Positions 12,255-25,025 of a stretch of DNA of 41,287 nt are shown here, piece after piece. The stretch is from positions 54,276,766-54,318,052 of the forward strand of contig NC_068990.1 of the NCBI RefSeq assembly GCF_001194135.2, in the 5' to 3' direction. Under the pieces are notes generated by a model. The model worked only from the letters and a program-made list of their open reading frames with translations. It had not been told where the DNA came from and did not search any database. Made by a program: the position numbers and the translations under genes. This DNA comes from Octopus bimaculoides. Taxonomy: Eukaryota. Every line of letters begins with the position of its first letter. The first letter of the stretch is position 1.

Positions 12255-13176
12255 ATGGATAACCAAAAATTTAATATTCGTGTTGTGATGATTTACTCTT
12301 TTCAAAAAAAGGAGAAAATGCTGCAAAGACTTGCAAAAACATTTTTGAAGTTTATGGTGATGATACGGTAGGTGAATCAATTGTTTGAAGGTGGTTTGCA
12401 AAATTTAAAGCTGGAGAGTTTAGCTTGGAAGATGACAGTTGTAGTGGAAGGCCTTCAAAATTGGATGAAGATGTTTTGAAGGTAAAAATCAAAGAAAACT
12501 CAAATATCACAACCAGAGAACTTGTAGAGGAGTTGGAAGTTTCTAAAAGTATGACTCATAAACACCTAGTGAAGCTAGGATACATTTCTTGCTATAATAT
12601 ATGGGTCCCTCACAAACCTTCAGAAAAGAATTGCTTGAAATGATGTTCTGTCTGTGATATGCTTTTGAAATGGAATGAAAGTATGCTTTTTTGAAACAAC
12701 TTGTGACTGGAGATGGGATTGTGTACAAAAATGTAGTAAGCAAAAGACCCTGGAGTTTGCGTAAGGATCCCACAAAACCAGACCATTAATTCTGATGTGT
12801 GCTGTTGTCAGCTGGCTAATTTGAACCCCAAAAATCAAAGAACTGAGACCAGAGATTGTCTACAGAAAAGAGGTGGTGTTCCAACAAGACAATGCACGAT
12901 CATGTGTCTTTGGCTACCTGAACAAAGGTACAACAACTTGGCTGGGATCTCTTACCCCATCCACCATTTTCTCCTGATATTGTGCCATTCGACTACCACT
13001 TGTTTTTGTCTCTACAGAACTCATTACAAGGAAAAACGTTTAATGATGGAGTCAAAATGCATCTAGATAACTATTTTTCTTCAAAACCAGTCAAATTCTA
13101 TGCTGATGGAATATTCAAATTGTCTGATAGATGGGCAAAGATCATTAGTAATAATGGAAATTATTTCACTGAATAA
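12255..13176 (+). pseudogene. Mariner (D,D34D) transposase pseudogene with an internal deletion
   Basis: Reads MDNQKFNIRVVMIYSF, frameshift, GENAAKTCKNIFEVYGD...*RWFAKFKAGEFSLEDDSCSGRPS (HTH region), WVPHK, VTGD, FQQDNAR, HPPFSPDIVPFDYHLFLSLQN (YSPDLAPSDYHLF motif), GIFKLSDRWAKIISNNGNYF. Several stops and frameshifts. About 35 codons appear to be missing near 12783. Confidence 0.93.
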
Positions 13177-13636
13177 AATTTATTGAAAGGTCAATTATTT
13201 ATATAGCAATTTATTTCATATGTTTTAACTCTTTTGTTACCATAGTTTCTACTGAAATACACTACCTTTGTTAGAATTAATTTTGAAAATAATGGAAAAT
13301 GTAACAAAATAACTGTTGCTATCCAGCTGGTCTTTGGAGTATAAGTTAACATGAAATTTTGCCAGAAGTTTTTAATTTAAATCATTTTAAAACAGGGGTG
13401 GTCTCAGGTGGTTTGGTATCAAAAGTGTTAATGATGTGACTTCTCAGGAAGTACATCTAGTTAAAAGTTAAATTTCCAATGGAAGATATTTATTTTGTTG
13501 GAAACAAATAGTTCAAACAATGTCAACAGCAATATATAAAATATATGAATAACGCCTATTATTGAGTGCTCCTATATTAATGAGTTTTCTCTTCCAGTAA
13601 AGAACATCAAAACAAACAAAGCTTAATGAAACAGAT

Positions 13637-13858
13637 TTAATCCTTTAGCATTCAGATTACTTTGTCAAATGTAATACTTATTTATTTACATTGCTTTGAA
13701 TTAATTATATATTATCTTGTGTCTTTGATAATTCGATGATGTGATTGTATATATTTTTAGAATGACATTGTAGGGTAGGTGTGGGAAGCTAGATCTGGCC
13801 AGTTCAATGGGTAGAATATCTGGGTCGGATTTGGCTGGTTTAAATGCTAAAGGGTTAA
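13637..13858. mobile_element. TTAA-flanked MITE (piggyBac-like termini), family 2
   Basis: TTAA at 13637-13640 and 13855-13858. TIRs TCCTTTAGCATT and AATGCTAAAGGG (11/12 match). The interior is homologous to 24860-25025. Confidence 0.8.
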
Positions 13859-14094
13859 ACAACACCAAGAAACCCTATCAGAGGCCATGAAGTAGTGAAC
13901 TGGAAGAAGTGATTTATCTTTTACTTGTTTCAGTTATCAAACTGCGACCATGCTGGGGCATAAATTGGTGATGATGATGATGATTTTTAAAGTTCACCAC
14001 TTCTTTTTATCCCAGAGCCTTTTCCTTCTTTATTAAAAAAAAAAGTTTCAATGTGTCTGGCATGAGAACTCAACAAAATTATTATCTATCAACA

Positions 14095-14272
14095 CTTGAC
14101 CTAATAGAAATAACAGCCAAATTTCCTTCAAATCATATCTTACCTATTTAAAAAAAAGTAAAGGATACACTAGGTAATTATAGTTCTAGATATTCCAGAA
14201 AACAAGGAAAAGATATTGGTTGAGATGTCTTTGATCATGGGTCATCTGGTGGACTAGGTTCAACAACAACAC
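14095..14272 (+). mobile_element. SINE-like repeat family C
   Basis: TTGACCTAATAGAAATAACAGCCAAAT...CTTTGATCATGGGTC...CAACAACAAC; homologous to 1990-2168. Confidence 0.5.
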
Positions 14273-14274
14273 CT

Positions 14275-14770
14275 TTTTTTATCTTTTTCGACTGAAGTCT
14301 CCTGCCAGATTGTTCCATCCCAAAATGTGTTGACGGTACACTCCAAACCCACATTCTCCCAATTCTGATATGTCCTAGAGATTCAGCTGTACTTTCCACA
14401 TCCACACCTTCCTCTCTATATGAACAACTTACTGTTACTTTCAGCCATCTGTACACAGATCTCAGCCTTCACACTCCAATAAACTACACAAGCAATATCC
14501 ATTAATCAAGTGCAAAGAACTTCAAATGTTCTCCAATCCAGACAAGACAACCTAGTTACGCCAAACAACTAAAAAAAAACCAAAAAAAAACACAGCAGTC
14601 AACACCACATATCAAAAAACAGACAGCTCTAGGATACAAGATCAATTTTCACAAAACCTCAGAGTCTTCTAACTCTACACAGACCCTAACTACATCTCCA
14701 TACAAGTGGACTTGCTTACATACCTAACCCAAAAAAAAGCAGCTGCTTCACACATAACTTATCTAAACCA
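14275..14770 (+). mobile_element. Highly decayed CR1/L2-like LINE RT relic
   Basis: Pieces read SLLPDCSIPKCVDG and PRDSAVLS...LPLYMNNLL, resembling SFLSxRxxxVxVDG...PQGSVLSP...YINDL across frameshifts. Confidence 0.35.
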
Positions 14771-14982
14771 TAAACATACACACACACCCAAGAAAGTGCC
14801 ATCTGATGGTCTGGGTAAACCTTCACTCACTGACTCACCTACTATTTATTAGTTCCTCTTTTATTGTTATTACAACAGTTTCTGATTTTCTAGGTAAGCA
14901 AACTACCGTGTGCTCATAGCTACCCCCCACCCATTCTTCTCTCTTCACTTTCAAAGCCCTGCATCAAAGATTTTGTCTAAAC

Positions 14983-15232
14983 TAGTGGTTCTCAACTTAG
15001 GTCCATATGACTCTTGGGAGTCCATACAAGATTTTGCTGTTAAAATTTATGTGCAATAAATTAGGCATACTTCTATAATACACAAAATATTATTTTTTTA
15101 ATACAATTCCTTATAATACTTACTTCTAAAAATATGATGAAATTTTTTTAAACATTGAATGGCAATGAGAGTTCACCCGAGTAAAATAAGAATCAAAAGG
15201 GTCTATGAGTAAAAACTAGTTGAGAATGTAAA
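14983..15232. mobile_element. hAT (Charlie-like) MITE relic
   Basis: Left end TAGTGGTTCTCAAC. Right end GTTGAGAA at 15219-15226 matches 8 nt of the expected inverted repeat. No TSD recognised. Confidence 0.45.
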
Positions 15233-15637
15233 CAATTATCCTTAAAATTACATCACAGTGGAATGCCCTTCCTGACAAGATATCAGCTTTCAGAAATTTA
15301 AACTGAATAACAACAGAATGAATACCACCCAGTCTGAGAGTGTTTATAAAGGTCAAGGATTCAATTGCTCCTCTTCATACTAAAATATATAAAAACCGTA
15401 AACCTGCAGGCAATTTAATTGTTTACAAAGTTTCTGTGACAACGATGGAGTATCTGATCATGCTGAGATAGAGACATAATTTTTTTCATTTCAATGTATT
15501 CAACAAATTACAAATCAGTACATAGAAACAAGTTACAGAAGTTCTTTAAAAGAAAGGGGATAGAACTGAAAGCTAGCAATATCAAAATCACTCCACCAGT
15601 TATATAATTTATGGTTTATGCATAATTTATTTAACAG

Positions 15638-15720
15638 GCTCTTCTTTGAGAACAAGGACAAGGTTCGAAGAGATGGAATTAGATTTTTTACAAAAATATA
15701 TGAGGAAAAGTTGTTCTACA
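15638..15720 (+). CDS. Candidate internal exon of an unidentified host gene
   Basis: Acceptor TTTATTTAACAG, donor ACA|GTGAGT, 83 nt. Open in two phases (LFFENKDKVRRDGIRFFTKIYEEKLFY or SSLRTRTRFEEMELDFLQKYMRKSCST). No homology recognised. Confidence 0.3.
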
Positions 15721-16054
15721 GTGAGTGCAATCAGGAGTCAAGCTTATATCAGTTGTTGAATCATGTTTTAGCACCGGTAATTTTCTAAAACTAACCACCA
15801 GAGAAAAAAAAAAACAACAGATTTTGTCTTATCTGTCACATTAATTAATGTTTTATTGATTTTAATATTTTGTTGTGTTGAAGTCAAATAACTAATTTTC
15901 TACCTATTATGAAGTCTTCCCCAAAATTATTTTACTTTTGTTTTGATATAATGGCACATTCACCTAAGGCAGTGAGGGCGCTGCATTTATTGAGAGAAAA
16001 ATCAATTAATTTCATATTCCTGCAATCTTCCCCAATTAACACCTACTCTTTTAG

Positions 16055-16133
16055 CCTGGGTACTGAAGGATTTGTCTTCCTTTAACCTTACTGTACTTTG
16101 GAACATCAAGACTGCAGAAATAGCAATCGTTCT
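16055..16133 (+). CDS. Candidate internal exon of an unidentified host gene
   Basis: Acceptor CTACTCTTTTAG, donor TCT|GTGAGC, 79 nt. Open only in phase 1 (WVLKDLSSFNLTVLWNIKTAEIAIV), which is phase-compatible with 15638-15720. Confidence 0.25.
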
Positions 16134-17537
16134 GTGAGCTTTTAATTATCTTAATTTTCTTGAAATAGCAAAAAGCACAACTTTTGTCATACCTCTTAAT
16201 CATTCCTCTAGAATAGATCAACAACTTTCATACATGACATGAGAAACCCAACAGGATTTCAAAGTAATCTATGGGCTAGCCGGAACTTGGTTACTTTCAA
16301 AAATTTCATAATACCAATTTGATTCCACAAGCAACAATATATCTGCTGACAGATGCTTGCATTCTTTTTTCTTACCATATTCTCAAAAAGTTCAGATTCA
16401 CAACTTGAGAAAACCATTAGAAACAGGAAAATATTTAGATTATATTAGTGAAGGAGTTTGTTTACTAAACACCTAACAATACTATGTAAAAAACACACAC
16501 ATTTAAATAAATGTAATATTTATAATATATAATAAATAGTTATATTCACTACAGTAAAAGTAATTTCATAACAAAATAAAAAATAAACACTGGAATTCAA
16601 TGTGTAACTCTGAAATGGTTGAGGATAGAAAAAGGTAACAGAATTTTTAGGATCAGTGCCACCCCATCCAAAAAATCAAACAGGCAGAAACAAATTATGA
16701 TATACAAAAGAATTCTTACAAAATTTGTGTAATAAACCGAGAGGGTGATACTGAAGACACTATTTCATTTGAATATTAAAACAATATACAGAAGATGTTA
16801 CCTGTTCTGTGTTGCACTAACATATCTACACAAGATGAACATATTTTAGGAAAATTCTTTAAAAACTCCCTGCTGTAAAAAGTAGTAATTTCTGAGTCAA
16901 AGTTCACCAGAGTCTCTGTTGTATGACACTGAGACATAGTAACAAGTTCTAGTTTTATTCTATGACTAATCTCAAAAACTCAGAGGGAATATCGCAGTTT
17001 GTTGATGTTACAATAAATTTATTGAATTTCTATTTTCCAGTGATGAGCAAACTTAAGCATTTCTGTACAGCAATGTATAAAAATAGGGATGGGGGAAGTA
17101 ATATAATACAACAGAGGTGGGGGAGGTAATATGAATATTAACATGTCAAATCACAACTTTTTAAACACTGGGATGTAAAATTATTTAAAAATAAGCGATC
17201 TGAAAGAGAATGAATGAATGTATGCATGCATACCATGATGTTGATTAGGAGAAAAAAATGTTAGTTATTGTGAAGGTGCCGTTACCTCATTGCCTAAATT
17301 CACTAGCGTTACACTAGTAGCTATTTAAAGTATGGGTTATTTTTTTGCCATATTCTTTATGTATTTATTCATGTCTTTTTTCTTGTATACCAAGTTATAT
17401 GTAAATATGATTTAACATTAACCTGGAGGATTACTCTATACTTCCAGGAAATACATGCCTCTAAAAACTTCTGACAAGGAAAGGGCTGGCACTAACTTCT
17501 AACTTCTAACTTTCACTAGACCAACCGATGTAAAAAC

Positions 17538-17575
<38 letters not shown>

Positions 17576-17590
17576 GAGGAGGAGGAGGAG

Positions 17591-17924
17591 NNNNNNNNNN
17601 NNNNNNNNNNNNNNNNNNNNNNNNNNNNNNNNNNNNNNNNNNNNNNNNNNNNNNNNNNNNNNNNNNNNNNNNNNNNNNNNNNNNNNNNNNNNNNNNNNNN
17701 NNNNNNNNNNNNNNNNNNNNNNNNNNNNNNNNNNNNNNNNNNNNNNNNNNNNNNNNNNNNNNNNNNNNNNNNNNNNNNNNNNNNNNNNNNNNNNNNNNNN
17801 NNNNNNNNNNNNNNNNNNNNNNNNNNNNNNNNNNNNNNNNNNNNNNNNNNNNNNNNNNNNNNNNNNNNNNNNNNNNNNNNNNNNNNNNNNNNNNNNNNNN
17901 NNNNNNNNNNNNNNNNNNNNNNNN
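17591..17924. other. Assembly gap (N); other gaps at 12065-12074, 21190-21447, 27105-27248 and 27936-28163
   Basis: Runs of N, mostly flanked by microsatellites. Confidence 0.98.
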
Positions 17925-18539
17925 AGAGAGAGAGAGAGAGAGAGAGAGAAATTAGAACATTGTAGGTGGCTGAACTGTCCTCCTTCCATATTATCACAAT
18001 ATAAAAGCAAATAGTTTTTAAAAAAAGAAAAAAGAAAAAAATGAAAACAGTCTATAAGTAAAAATATTAACAATCTGAGTGAACTTGACAACATGGTAAA
18101 AACATAACTGACTCCAAACATGTCAACAAGAGGAGAGATTAAAATTTGATTGACATATATTTAATAGATAAAACAGGGAGACAGATTTAGATACAATACA
18201 CTCAAGAAGAAACATACAAAGACCTTTTGCAATGAAGAATTCATTGAAGCAGATTTTTAAAGGCCAAATGCTGTTCCTGTTGCTAACTGGCACCTGTTTC
18301 AAGTTAAAGTAATATTTCCCCTAGGCTGGATGTGTTTTCAAAGGAGATTGCAATGAACAACTCTATTTGTAATACAAGATTCATTTACAAGTACTGCATG
18401 ATGTTGAGACTAAGAGACACAAACAGACAGGTACATGTACATACACACTATACAGGCTTCTAACAGCTTCCCTCTATCAAATTCACTCATATGGCTTTCC
18501 CAAAAGTGATAGACAGAGTTCATATACAGATAATTTTGC

Positions 18540-18710
18540 CAGGAAACCAGCCAAAATCTCCTTCAAACCATAGCCAACTGTCTTAAATAATAAAAAAAAA
18601 AAGGACATATATGACAATGTAGTCTGTAATATCCAAATAAATTATATGGTCATGGCTGGCTTGTTTGATTATAAGACTGTGCTACCATGTTGACATGGAG
18701 TGAAACAACC
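18540..18710 (+). mobile_element. SINE-like repeat family C, degenerate
   Basis: CAGCCAAAATCTCCTTCAAAC...GTCTTAAA...AAGGACA...GACAATGTAGTC...GGTCATGGCTGG; collinear with 14095-14272 and 40325-40490. Confidence 0.45.
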
Positions 18711-20867
18711 TCAGATTATAGAAAGAGCAAGTTGAGCAAAAGCAAGATATCCTGATTGCAATTGTACAGCTAAAATTGATGGCAGTTAACAGAGTTATGT
18801 TGTAGAAATCCAAATTCTATTACAGATCGTTAGGCTAGTTTTTGTGATTGTCCTAAGGGAATTACCAAAGGCTTGGTTTGTTACATTACTTAGTAACAAT
18901 TGTTCTGAAAATGACCTCTCCATTTGGAAGTTAATTACTGCAAATAAATTTAAACACATACACACACACACACAGAAAATTCTCGTTTCAAATAGCAACC
19001 AAGGAAATTCTGAAGTAAAAGAGTCAAAAGTGACTTGTATGAAGTGAAAGTGGAAATGGAGAGGAACAGAAAAGCAAACATATTGAACAAAGACAGTTTA
19101 TCTCAATAGATGAAATTTTGTATGTTCAAGGTCAATGTGAAACTGCCCAGTAGAGAAAGTTGAAAGATTCCTATGTTACCAAAAGGAACAAAAGCTAGTA
19201 ACAGCTAACTATTCTGAGTTTAGTAGGAAACAGCATATGTAGCTAATTTACACAGTAGCTATATAGACAGTATGTATATAGACATAGTATGGACATACAT
19301 AAGGCAGTATATAGACATGTCCAATAGAAAGAAATTATGTTCGAACATTAACCAATCAAGGTAGAAAACTTCACACTGTAATAATTTAATCCAAACATAA
19401 AATGGTTGTTTGTAGCCATGAGTTGAAATGAAGTCAAGTGTTGAGCTCTGTTGTTTTAACATAAAATTTGATAGCACCTCCTTTACATTGACTGATTGAT
19501 TAATAATAATAATGAAGAAACCTAAACAATATAATTACAAACCTTAATAATATGCAAATGTTTAAATTTATAGCAAAATATTAAAAAAAAAGTGGAAGAA
19601 TATTCATAGAAAAAAAGAAAAACCAGTTAATATTTTCCAGTAGCAGGACTTGTGTTTGTGAAGTCCATAAAATGTGTACCAATAAATAAATTGGAATCAA
19701 TTCAATTATCAATACCTTCTTCCTTGTGTGAAATCAAACTCAGTCAATAGTTACCAATAAGAACTTGAGAATGTTAACAGAAACAAACTTAAAACTTTAC
19801 AAAGCTATAATGGCAGTGAAGTGGGAGGTGTAATTTTGTGAAAGACAATCTCCAGAAATGTAAAACACCAAAATAATAAACACGTCAGTCTCAGTTAATT
19901 TTACCACAACAAATTCTCTTTCTGACTGAGAAAAATACACAAGCAAAAAGGCTGAATTAATAATACTAAACTATTTCACTTAATATCAATATGAAACTAA
20001 ATATGATATATGAACAACATTAACAGGGGGGTGGAGGGAATAAAGATCGTCTGGTTTACAGAAAGAGAGAGTGGGAGTTATATTCAGTGAAATGAAAAAG
20101 TCAATAAGAAATGAAGAAAACAGCTGTGACAACAGACACCAAGGTTTGAATCCATTCATAATACACAAGTGTACAGTGAGTTATTCTTATCTTGTGCTCT
20201 CACAATACATTTTTCGGTGAGGTGTTAGCAAGATCTTTGAGACTGTCAGAGCAGTTAATAAACAAGATTTTAAATGGTTTTTGGAATGTATTCAACAAGG
20301 AGTGCCTGTTAACCTAAGTACAGTAAACAAAGACAGCATGGCCCAACATGTAATACAAATTTTAACCATATGGAGAGGAAAAACATTTGCAGACACTTCA
20401 AATCAGACACACAAGATACCACATATACATACACAGCCTACAAAATAAGAACATTTAGTAAGCAAGAGCTGTTGGATTTTATTACAAATGTCTAATTTAT
20501 TTTGAAAAATTCAAAGTTATAAAAATTTTCTAGAAAAATATAAAACCTCAAGAAATCCAGACAAAGAGATGTTTCAGTAAGATTTCTTTTAACTCACAGA
20601 AAACAAATATGTACTAATATCATATATCATATCAGATTCCTCCTGTATCTAAGGAAATGCACCTGATAGAAAAACAAGGGAAAAAAAAAAAAAAAACCCA
20701 CTGAAACAGACTTACTTAAGTAATAAGCCTTGCGGTGTATGTCAAAGCTATGATGCTATTAATGGTAGTTGATATGGTGTAAGATTTCTTATTCTTCACT
20801 TGCACAACAGACATTGGCAGTAGATAGTTATTTACAAGCCATTTAATATAATCACACATAACATAGT

Positions 20868-20920
20868 GCTGCTGCTGCTGCTGCTGCTGCTGCTACTGCT
20901 ACTACTACTACTACTACTAG
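20868..20920. repeat. (CTG)n-(CTA)n compound trinucleotide repeat
   Basis: Directly visible. Confidence 0.95.
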
Positions 20921-21447
20921 CAGATGCAACAAGAGAAACAGTAACCTCAGATACAAACAGAAAAAAAGGAAAGGAAAAAAAACATTGTTTATTGATATTA
21001 ACATTTATTGAAAACTGAAATATTAATCACTCCTCAAGGGAACAAACATTTCTGAAAATAATTTTTAATTTATTTTAATTTTTCATTTATTTAATTCATT
21101 TATTTTCAGTTAAAATTTTTTTTTGAAACTAAGCTCTTGTGTGTATGTTGTCCATCTAACAAAACTGAACAATAAGCTTTTAAATCTATNNNNNNNNNNN
21201 NNNNNNNNNNNNNNNNNNNNNNNNNNNNNNNNNNNNNNNNNNNNNNNNNNNNNNNNNNNNNNNNNNNNNNNNNNNNNNNNNNNNNNNNNNNNNNNNNNNN
21301 NNNNNNNNNNNNNNNNNNNNNNNNNNNNNNNNNNNNNNNNNNNNNNNNNNNNNNNNNNNNNNNNNNNNNNNNNNNNNNNNNNNNNNNNNNNNNNNNNNNN
21401 NNNNNNNNNNNNNNNNNNNNNNNNNNNNNNNNNNNNNNNNNNNNNNN

Positions 21448-21488
<41 letters not shown>

Positions 21489-21890
21489 CGCGCGCGCACG
21501 AGTATGCGATCGCAATGGAAGTGGGATGGTTCATCTTTGCTTAGTACTTGGGTTTATTTTTTGATTTGGTTGCATCTTGGCTGGTTTTTTTTTTTTGTTG
21601 GTCAGTTATTTTTAGTGTTTTGACAGAAAAAAGCCATTCTAGAATTGTTTTCAATGTAAGTGTGCCCAAACAAGTCAAATGCTTACACAGAGCAGGTTTT
21701 ACAGTCACATCATCCAAACCAACCAGGTGAAACTGGGCTTAGCTGCTAGTTTATATATAAACTTGCATGGTCATGCACCTAAAGACAATATATATAATAC
21801 CAAAAGGTTTTCCCCCCAAATACAAGATACCTTTGAAACTATTTTATGTTGTTGTAGCAGCAGCAGTAGTAGTCATACTTTGTACTATAG

Positions 21891-22030
21891 GTACAAGGCC
21901 TGAAATTTGACAGAGCAGGGAGAGTTGATTACACTAATCCCAATGCACAACTGGTACTAGTTTCATCAACCCTGAAAGGATGAAAGGCAAAGTTGACTTC
22001 AGTGGAATTTGAACTCAGAACATAAAGCCA
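21891..22030 (-). mobile_element. tRNA-derived SINE family A, truncated
   Basis: GGTACAAGGCC...GAAAGGATGAAAGGCAAAGTTGACTTCAGTGGAATTTGAACTCAGAAC; homologous to 8325-8515. Confidence 0.8.
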
Positions 22031-22580
22031 GAAGAGATGTAGTGAAAATCATTAATTGGGAGTTACTCAGAAAATACAGTCTTGAAAGAGCAAGCCAGTG
22101 GTATGAGTACAAATCAGAAGGCATTGTAGAAAATGACCATGCCAAAATTTTATGGTACAAAGTGACCATAAAACCGAACACTGCAAACTAGATAGTATGG
22201 ATGATTAACAAAGTCAACAAACAGTATTTGATTCTAGATGTGGCTTATCCAGCTGCCAATAAGGCTTGTGACAAAGAATTGAAGAGTGAGAGACATGAAC
22301 TACTAGTATGGTAGATAAAACTTTTGTGGGAAAGGGAAAAGGTTGAGGCAGTCCCAGTTGTCAGGGCACTTGGTACTGTGAGCAGCTGAACTGAAAACTA
22401 TTTCAAAAAGAAGTCAGGGACAACATCAGAGTGGGGCACTCACAAAAATCAACTATCTTTAGAACTGCTAGAATACTTGGAAAAGGGCTAGACAATTGAA
22501 GGTGCTACCTCAGTCCGCTGATTGTGGACAACTGACACCTGTATTATACCATCAGCAACAAGTGGAATAATAATAATAAA
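22030..22580 (+). mobile_element. R4/Dong-like RLE non-LTR retrotransposon, 3' fragment (restriction-like endonuclease region)
   Basis: One frame with stops: RRDVVKIINWELLRKYSLERASQWYEYKSEGIVENDHAKILW...TAN*IVWMINK...ILDVAYP...DKE...W*IKLLW...VEAVPVVRALGTV. This fits the R4/Dong pattern (IHWxLCxKY..WYxH.PE.V.EN..KILWD..IIDVAxP..VIPxVIGALG). Ends in (AAT)n at about 22567-22580. Confidence 0.8.
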
Positions 22581-22848
22581 AATCCCTTCTATTGTAGGCA
22601 CAAGGCCAGCAGTTTTGTGGGAAGAAGTCAGTCAATTACATCAACCCTAGTACTCAACTGGTACTTATTTTATCAACCCCAATGGAATTTGGACTCAGAA
22701 TGTAAAGATGGACAAAACACTACTATGCATTTCATCCAATGAGCTAACGATTCTTCCAGCTCACTGTCATAATAATAATGATAATAATAATGAAATGCAG
22801 CAAAGCATTTTATCTGGTGTGCTAACGGTTTTGTCAGCTTGCCACCTT
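22565..22848 (-). mobile_element. tRNA-derived SINE family A plus a second head fragment
   Basis: GGCACAAGGCCAGC...CTGGTACTTATTTTATCAACCC...GAATTTGGACTCAGAATG...GCTAACGATTCTTCCAGCTC, followed by a second head-like piece at 22795-22848. Confidence 0.8.
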
Positions 22849-23062
22849 AATAATAATAATGGTTTCAAATTTTGGCACAAGACCAGCAATTTCAGGTGAG
22901 GGAGCAAGTTGATTGCATTGACCCTAGTCAAGTACTGGTACTTATTTTATCAACTCTGAAAGGATGAAAGGCAAAGTTGAACTTGGTGGAATTTGAACTC
23001 AGAACATACAGGCAAATGAAATGTCATTAAGCATTTTGCCTGCTGTGCTAACGATTCTACCA
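22848..23062 (-). mobile_element. tRNA-derived SINE family A, near full length
   Basis: On its own strand: A-box-like GGTAGAATCGTTAG, B-box-like GAGTTCAAATTCC, central CTTTGCCTTTCATCCTTTCAGAGTTGATAAAATAAGTACCAG, and an (ATT)n tail. Confidence 0.87.
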
Positions 23063-23892
23063 TTTTGAATCCTTTCTATAGGCACAAGGTCTAAAGTTTT
23101 GCAGTTTAGTAGCACATAATGCGGAGATCAAATTAAGCAAGATAAGGGAGGAATTCAGTTTTGGAAGAGACACAGTTTATTTAATTATAATTTCTTAGAC
23201 TAAGATTCTAAATTGTTCTGAAGATTTAAAATATTGTAGTTAATGTATCAGCTACATTAGACAGCTACCATTGTCATTTCTACTCTTTGTGTTTAGACTT
23301 TGACTTCTTCAGTTTTGTTGTCATAGAAGCTGCCTAGTACTGCTGCTCAAGTGTGCAAAAAGTTGTTCTGTAGCTCTCAAACTCAAAAGAGTAACTGCTG
23401 TAGAGATGTAAAACTGCCAGCTGTTGGCCAGAAATTACCAATTTATCTTAATAAGACTGTTTTCATAAAAATGACATCAGTCTGATCACATGACCATCAC
23501 AGATCAGTTATTTTGATACTGTTTTCTACTAATCATTGGTCAGAGCAGAATTTTCCATTAAATAAAAAGGATCCAATGAACCATGTTCAAGTCGTCCACA
23601 TTAGTAGCAAGATGGAGGTTTTACTGCTTTTGCTGCTGGCAAGGTTTCAGTATTTGTTAGCCAGTATCAGTTGGCAATGCTCCACTTCCTTCACTGGTCA
23701 AACAGACTCACCAATGTTCATCTATGAGACCAACTGGACAAACTACTTTAAACTCCACTTCAAAACAGCAGGAATATTAGCATGTTACGATGTTTCTAAT
23801 ATGATTTCAATTTTAAATTTTTGTCTCATAGCAGCAGCAGTGGATAATTTTCATTTTTGCACCATTACATGTTGTTATACTTTCTTCACTTC

Positions 23893-24310
23893 TATGAGGG
23901 GAAGTCAAAAGCTATTCCCACTTCTGCTATAACATATCTTTATTATTGTCACACTGCCTTCTGCACATGCGTGCGTATAGTTGGTAGTATTGTGGTCATG
24001 CGATTGAAGTTTGAGCCTGATCACACCATTTTTGTCTCTGGCTTTACAGTGTAAGCATGGCCGCTCCACTAGCAGTGTGCACCAAAGGCAAAGAGCAGTG
24101 ATCCAATTTCTCAGGTTGGAAGGTGTGTCAAGTGCTGAAATTCATTGGAGGCTTTTAGCACAATACAGGGACAGTGCACTACCATGTAGAAGTGTGTATG
24201 AGTGGATCGAGGAGTTTAAAAGTGGTTGAACAAGCATGATGCATGAAGCAAGAGCAGGATACCCATCAACCTCCATCAATGACGAGAAGATTCAGCAAGC
24301 TCGAGAGATA
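23893..24310 (+). mobile_element. Mariner-like element, left end (TIR, 5' UTR and N-terminal HTH coding part)
   Basis: TA followed by the TIR-like TGAGGGGAAGTCAAAA. ATG at 24057 gives MAAPLAVCTK, frameshift, QRAVIQFLRLEGVSSAEIHWRLLAQYRDSALPCRSVYEWIEEFKSG*TSMMHEARAGYPSTS, a typical mariner paired-like HTH. Truncated near 24310. Confidence 0.85.
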
Positions 24311-24859
24311 GAACCATTACCATCTCTTGGATCACTGCTCATTGTTCTTTGGTGTACATTGCTAGTAAAGCAACCATGCTTACACTGTAACACCAGAAAG
24401 AAAAATAGTGCGATCAGGCTCAAACTTCAATCACATGATCACCATAGTTCCAACTATAAGCATGCATATGCAAAAGGCAGTGTAACAATAATAAAGATAT
24501 GTTATGGCAAAAGTATGGATAATTTTTGACTTCCTCTTGTACTACACAATTTTAATGTCATTATCTTTGCAGTGGGTTTACTTTTGGTGAGACAGTTGGG
24601 ATGTTGTGGTGTTATTACTGAACAGAGTTCTGAAATTATGTGGACCAAGTGTTTGATTGAGAAGATATGAGCTATCTGGTTAATATATCATCAAAACAGT
24701 ATACAGGAGTAATGATCTACAATTGTTCAGGGAAAATAGTGCTCAATATGCAATTGTAAGCATTTGCAGTGTGTGGGTATCCTTTTATGTCTGCCTTCCA
24801 TGATGGCAGGAGTTGGATGCTTTGAAAAGATACAAGTCAGAGGACCTTTTCTTGCTTTT

Positions 24860-25025
24860 GGAGTACTCTGTTAAATGTGATATTTATTTATTCATATTGT
24901 TTTAAGTTACTCATGCATTATCTAGTAGCTTCAAGATTTTGATGATATGATTGTTTATGTTTTAAAATGGCACTATAGGATTGGTGTCAGAGGCCAGATC
25001 TTGCAAGTTTGAATATAAAACAGGT
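24860..25025. mobile_element. Internal fragment of TTAA-MITE family 2
   Basis: GATTTTGATGATATGATTGTTTATGTTTTAAAATGGCACTATAGGATTGGTGTCAGAGGCCAGATCT is collinear with 13725-13800. Confidence 0.65.

Noticed and set aside
16802-20330. Minus-strand exon candidates (e.g. 16872-16802 REFLKNFPKICSSCVDMLVQHRT, and others near 18.9, 19.4 and 20.3 kb)
   Set aside because: Their phases do not chain consistently and they conflict with the plus-strand candidates; indistinguishable from chance without RNA data.
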